64,000 nucleotides of DNA from Gammaproteobacteria bacterium (GTDB lineage: Bacteria > Pseudomonadota > Gammaproteobacteria > JBCCGL01), in contig OZ255836.1 of the NCBI GenBank assembly GCA_965277715.1, forward strand, positions 3,968,001-4,032,000, read 5' to 3'. The translations under genes were made by a program, and so were the position numbers. Position 1 is the stretch's first letter; the number at the start of each line of letters is the position of its first letter. A model generated the notes under the pieces. It did not search any database and was not told where the DNA came from. It worked only from the letters and a program-made list of their open reading frames with translations. Positions 62,305 to 64,000 of the stretch are shown here, piece by piece.

Positions 62305-63093
62305 ATGTTTAAGCAGGTGGACACCAGTATAACGGCCTGGTCGACTTTGTGGCGCGAATTGGATTTGTGGCATAGAGCAGGCAATACGGCGACATTCTGG
62401 TGGCGGGATGATGATGCCGTGGCAGAGACAGTGCAACTGCACAGGCTTGACGCCTTGAGTCGGGCGCTTGCGGTGCCTGTCTCTCTGGCGGTCATTCCCG
62501 CGTGTCTGGACGATTCGCTACCGCGTTATATGCAGGGCCGTGACAACCTCACTGTTTTGCAACACGGCTACGCGCACAGTAGCTATGCTGCCAGGGGTGT
62601 GAAGAAAATTGAAATTGGTGGTGAGCGCAGTACACAGGCTATCGCGGATGAGCTTGCCGACGGCTGCCGACAATTGCGCCAGGCGTTTGGGGGGCAGTTT
62701 TTTCCGGTATTGGTGCCACCGTGGAACCGTATTGAAAAGCGCACGCACGGTGCATTGGCTGACGCCGGTTTTGTCGGTGTATCGTCAATGTGGGCGCGGC
62801 GCACGGCTTACCCGGTGGCGGGTTTGTTACGGGTTAATGCCCATATCGATCCGGTGCATTGGCGTCGTGATCAGGGGTTTGTGGGGGAGTACCGTGCCAT
62901 TGCCCAGATTCACAGGCATCTCTATGCGCGCCGTAGCGGGCGTAGGGATAGTGATGAGCCGACGGGGTTGCTAACGCATCATCTTGTGCAGAAGGAGGCA
63001 GTTTGGGGGTTTTGTGATAGGTTGATTCGGGCGTTGAGTCAGCACCCGGCGGTGCGGTGGTTGGGGAGTAGGGATATTTGGGCGGAAGGCTGA
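62305..63093 (+). CDS. Polysaccharide deacetylase-like protein
   Basis: WWRDDDA, LQHGYAH, LVPPWNRI, LLTHHL. Confidence 0.85.
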   Translation: MFKQVDTSITAWSTLWRELDLWHRAGNTATFWWRDDDAVAETVQLHRLDALSRALAVPVSLAVIPACLDDSLPRYMQGRDNLTVLQHGYAHSSYAARGVKKIEIGGERSTQAIADELADGCRQLRQAFGGQFFPVLVPPWNRIEKRTHGALADAGFVGVSSMWARRTAYPVAGLLRVNAHIDPVHWRRDQGFVGEYRAIAQIHRHLYARRSGRRDSDEPTGLLTHHLVQKEAVWGFCDRLIRALSQHPAVRWLGSRDIWAEG

Positions 63094-63151
63094 ACCTGCC
63101 AATAGTAGAGTATTTATCTATGAAAAGTTGTAATTCAGGTGTTTTTACCAA

Positions 63152-63733
63152 TCAAGTCAGTGCGGTGCTGGCATAGCTGTTTTCAAGCCCGCCATCACTG
63201 GTAACCTCGAATGTGTGCGCGGCGTCCCAATCGAATTGGATGGGTGACTCACCGCGCATGTCCCAATCCATCGCCAGCGCATAGACACAGCGAATAACGC
63301 CTTTGTGTACTACGGCGCCACAATCCTGATTTTTTTTAGCGACACGCGCTATCCAGGCTTTTACACGTTGTTGTACCTGGCGTGGGCTTTCACCATTGGG
63401 CGGGCAAAAATCCAGGCCGCGCGCTTCGTTTTCACGCATGGGGTCACCGAGCTGTTTGCGCAACGGTTTGAGAATTTTCCCCTCCCAATCACCCCAGTGC
63501 ATCTCGGTGAGTACCGGCTCGATGGTGGGTTTGGTAATGCCCATTAACTCAGCCGTGTGGCGGGCGCGTTGCAAGGGGCTGCTATACCAGGGTAACTGGT
63601 GAAGCGCAGCGGGTAGTGTGCGCGTGCGCACTTGTGCAATACCGGCCTGACTCAATGGTTGGTCTATTCGCCCCTGAATGCGCTTTTCGGCATTCCAGTC
63701 GGTTGGGCCGTGTCGTACAAGTACGAGCTTCAT
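63152..63733 (-). CDS. Histidine phosphatase (PGM family)
   Basis: LVRHGPT, SSPLQRA, EMHWGDWEG, VHKG. Confidence 0.9.
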   Translation of the reverse strand: MKLVLVRHGPTDWNAEKRIQGRIDQPLSQAGIAQVRTRTLPAALHQLPWYSSPLQRARHTAELMGITKPTIEPVLTEMHWGDWEGKILKPLRKQLGDPMRENEARGLDFCPPNGESPRQVQQRVKAWIARVAKKNQDCGAVVHKGVIRCVYALAMDWDMRGESPIQFDWDAAHTFEVTSDGGLENSYASTALT

Positions 63734-64000
63734 GGGTTTGCAGCCGCTTGGGGGCGGGCTGTGATATTCAGTTTTTCAACCAGTTGGTCGATGCCCCCGT
63801 CCAGTGAAAAATGCTGGTGTACACGGGTTAAACCCGCATCGGCAAGTGTTTTTCGCAGCGCGGGTTCACTGATTAGTTTTTGTAAGGCGGTGCACAATGC
63901 ATCAGCATTTTGTTGATCTACCAGCCAGCCGGTTTCGCCGTGCCGGATAAGTTCAGGAATGCCGGATATAGCAGTCGAAAGGCAGGCGAGTCGTTGGCTT
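63730..64000 (-). CDS. GT4 glycosyltransferase, C-terminal part (runs off the window)
   Basis: Manual translation ...LACLSTAISGIPELIRHGETGWLV...; ATGA overlap with the phosphatase. Confidence 0.8.
   Translation of the reverse strand, partial: SQRLACLSTAISGIPELIRHGETGWLVDQQNADALCTALQKLISEPALRKTLADAGLTRVHQHFSLDGGIDQLVEKLNITARPQAAANP

Overview
Window of a gammaproteobacterial chromosome (rsd, lgt-thyA-folA, hemL-rubredoxin-ycgN, tRNA-Glu), most likely a marine sulfur oxidizer; the taxonomy is inferred from gene content. Main modules: qmoAB-hdrCB; a cytochrome-c-fused nirK with FGE/NirV-like and SCO genes behind a perfect FNR/DNR box; nhaR/nhaA; fhs divergent from a split corrinoid methyltransferase cluster; an unassigned catabolic operon; vapBC next to a truncated RAYT; and a cyclase/cNMP-receptor/HD/glycosyltransferase cluster. 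Most notable: (1) a small protein resembling mitochondrial TMEM65 sits as the first gene of the nhaA unit, divergent from nhaR; (2) two pairs of duplicated Rpn nuclease genes with variable coiled-coil repeat tails and candidate internal antitoxin starts; (3) two hairpin MITE families with 5-bp target duplications, each supported by an empty/filled site pair inside this window and each inserted about 75 bp upstream of an Rpn copy. All family assignments come from motif recognition and recall; no searches were run.
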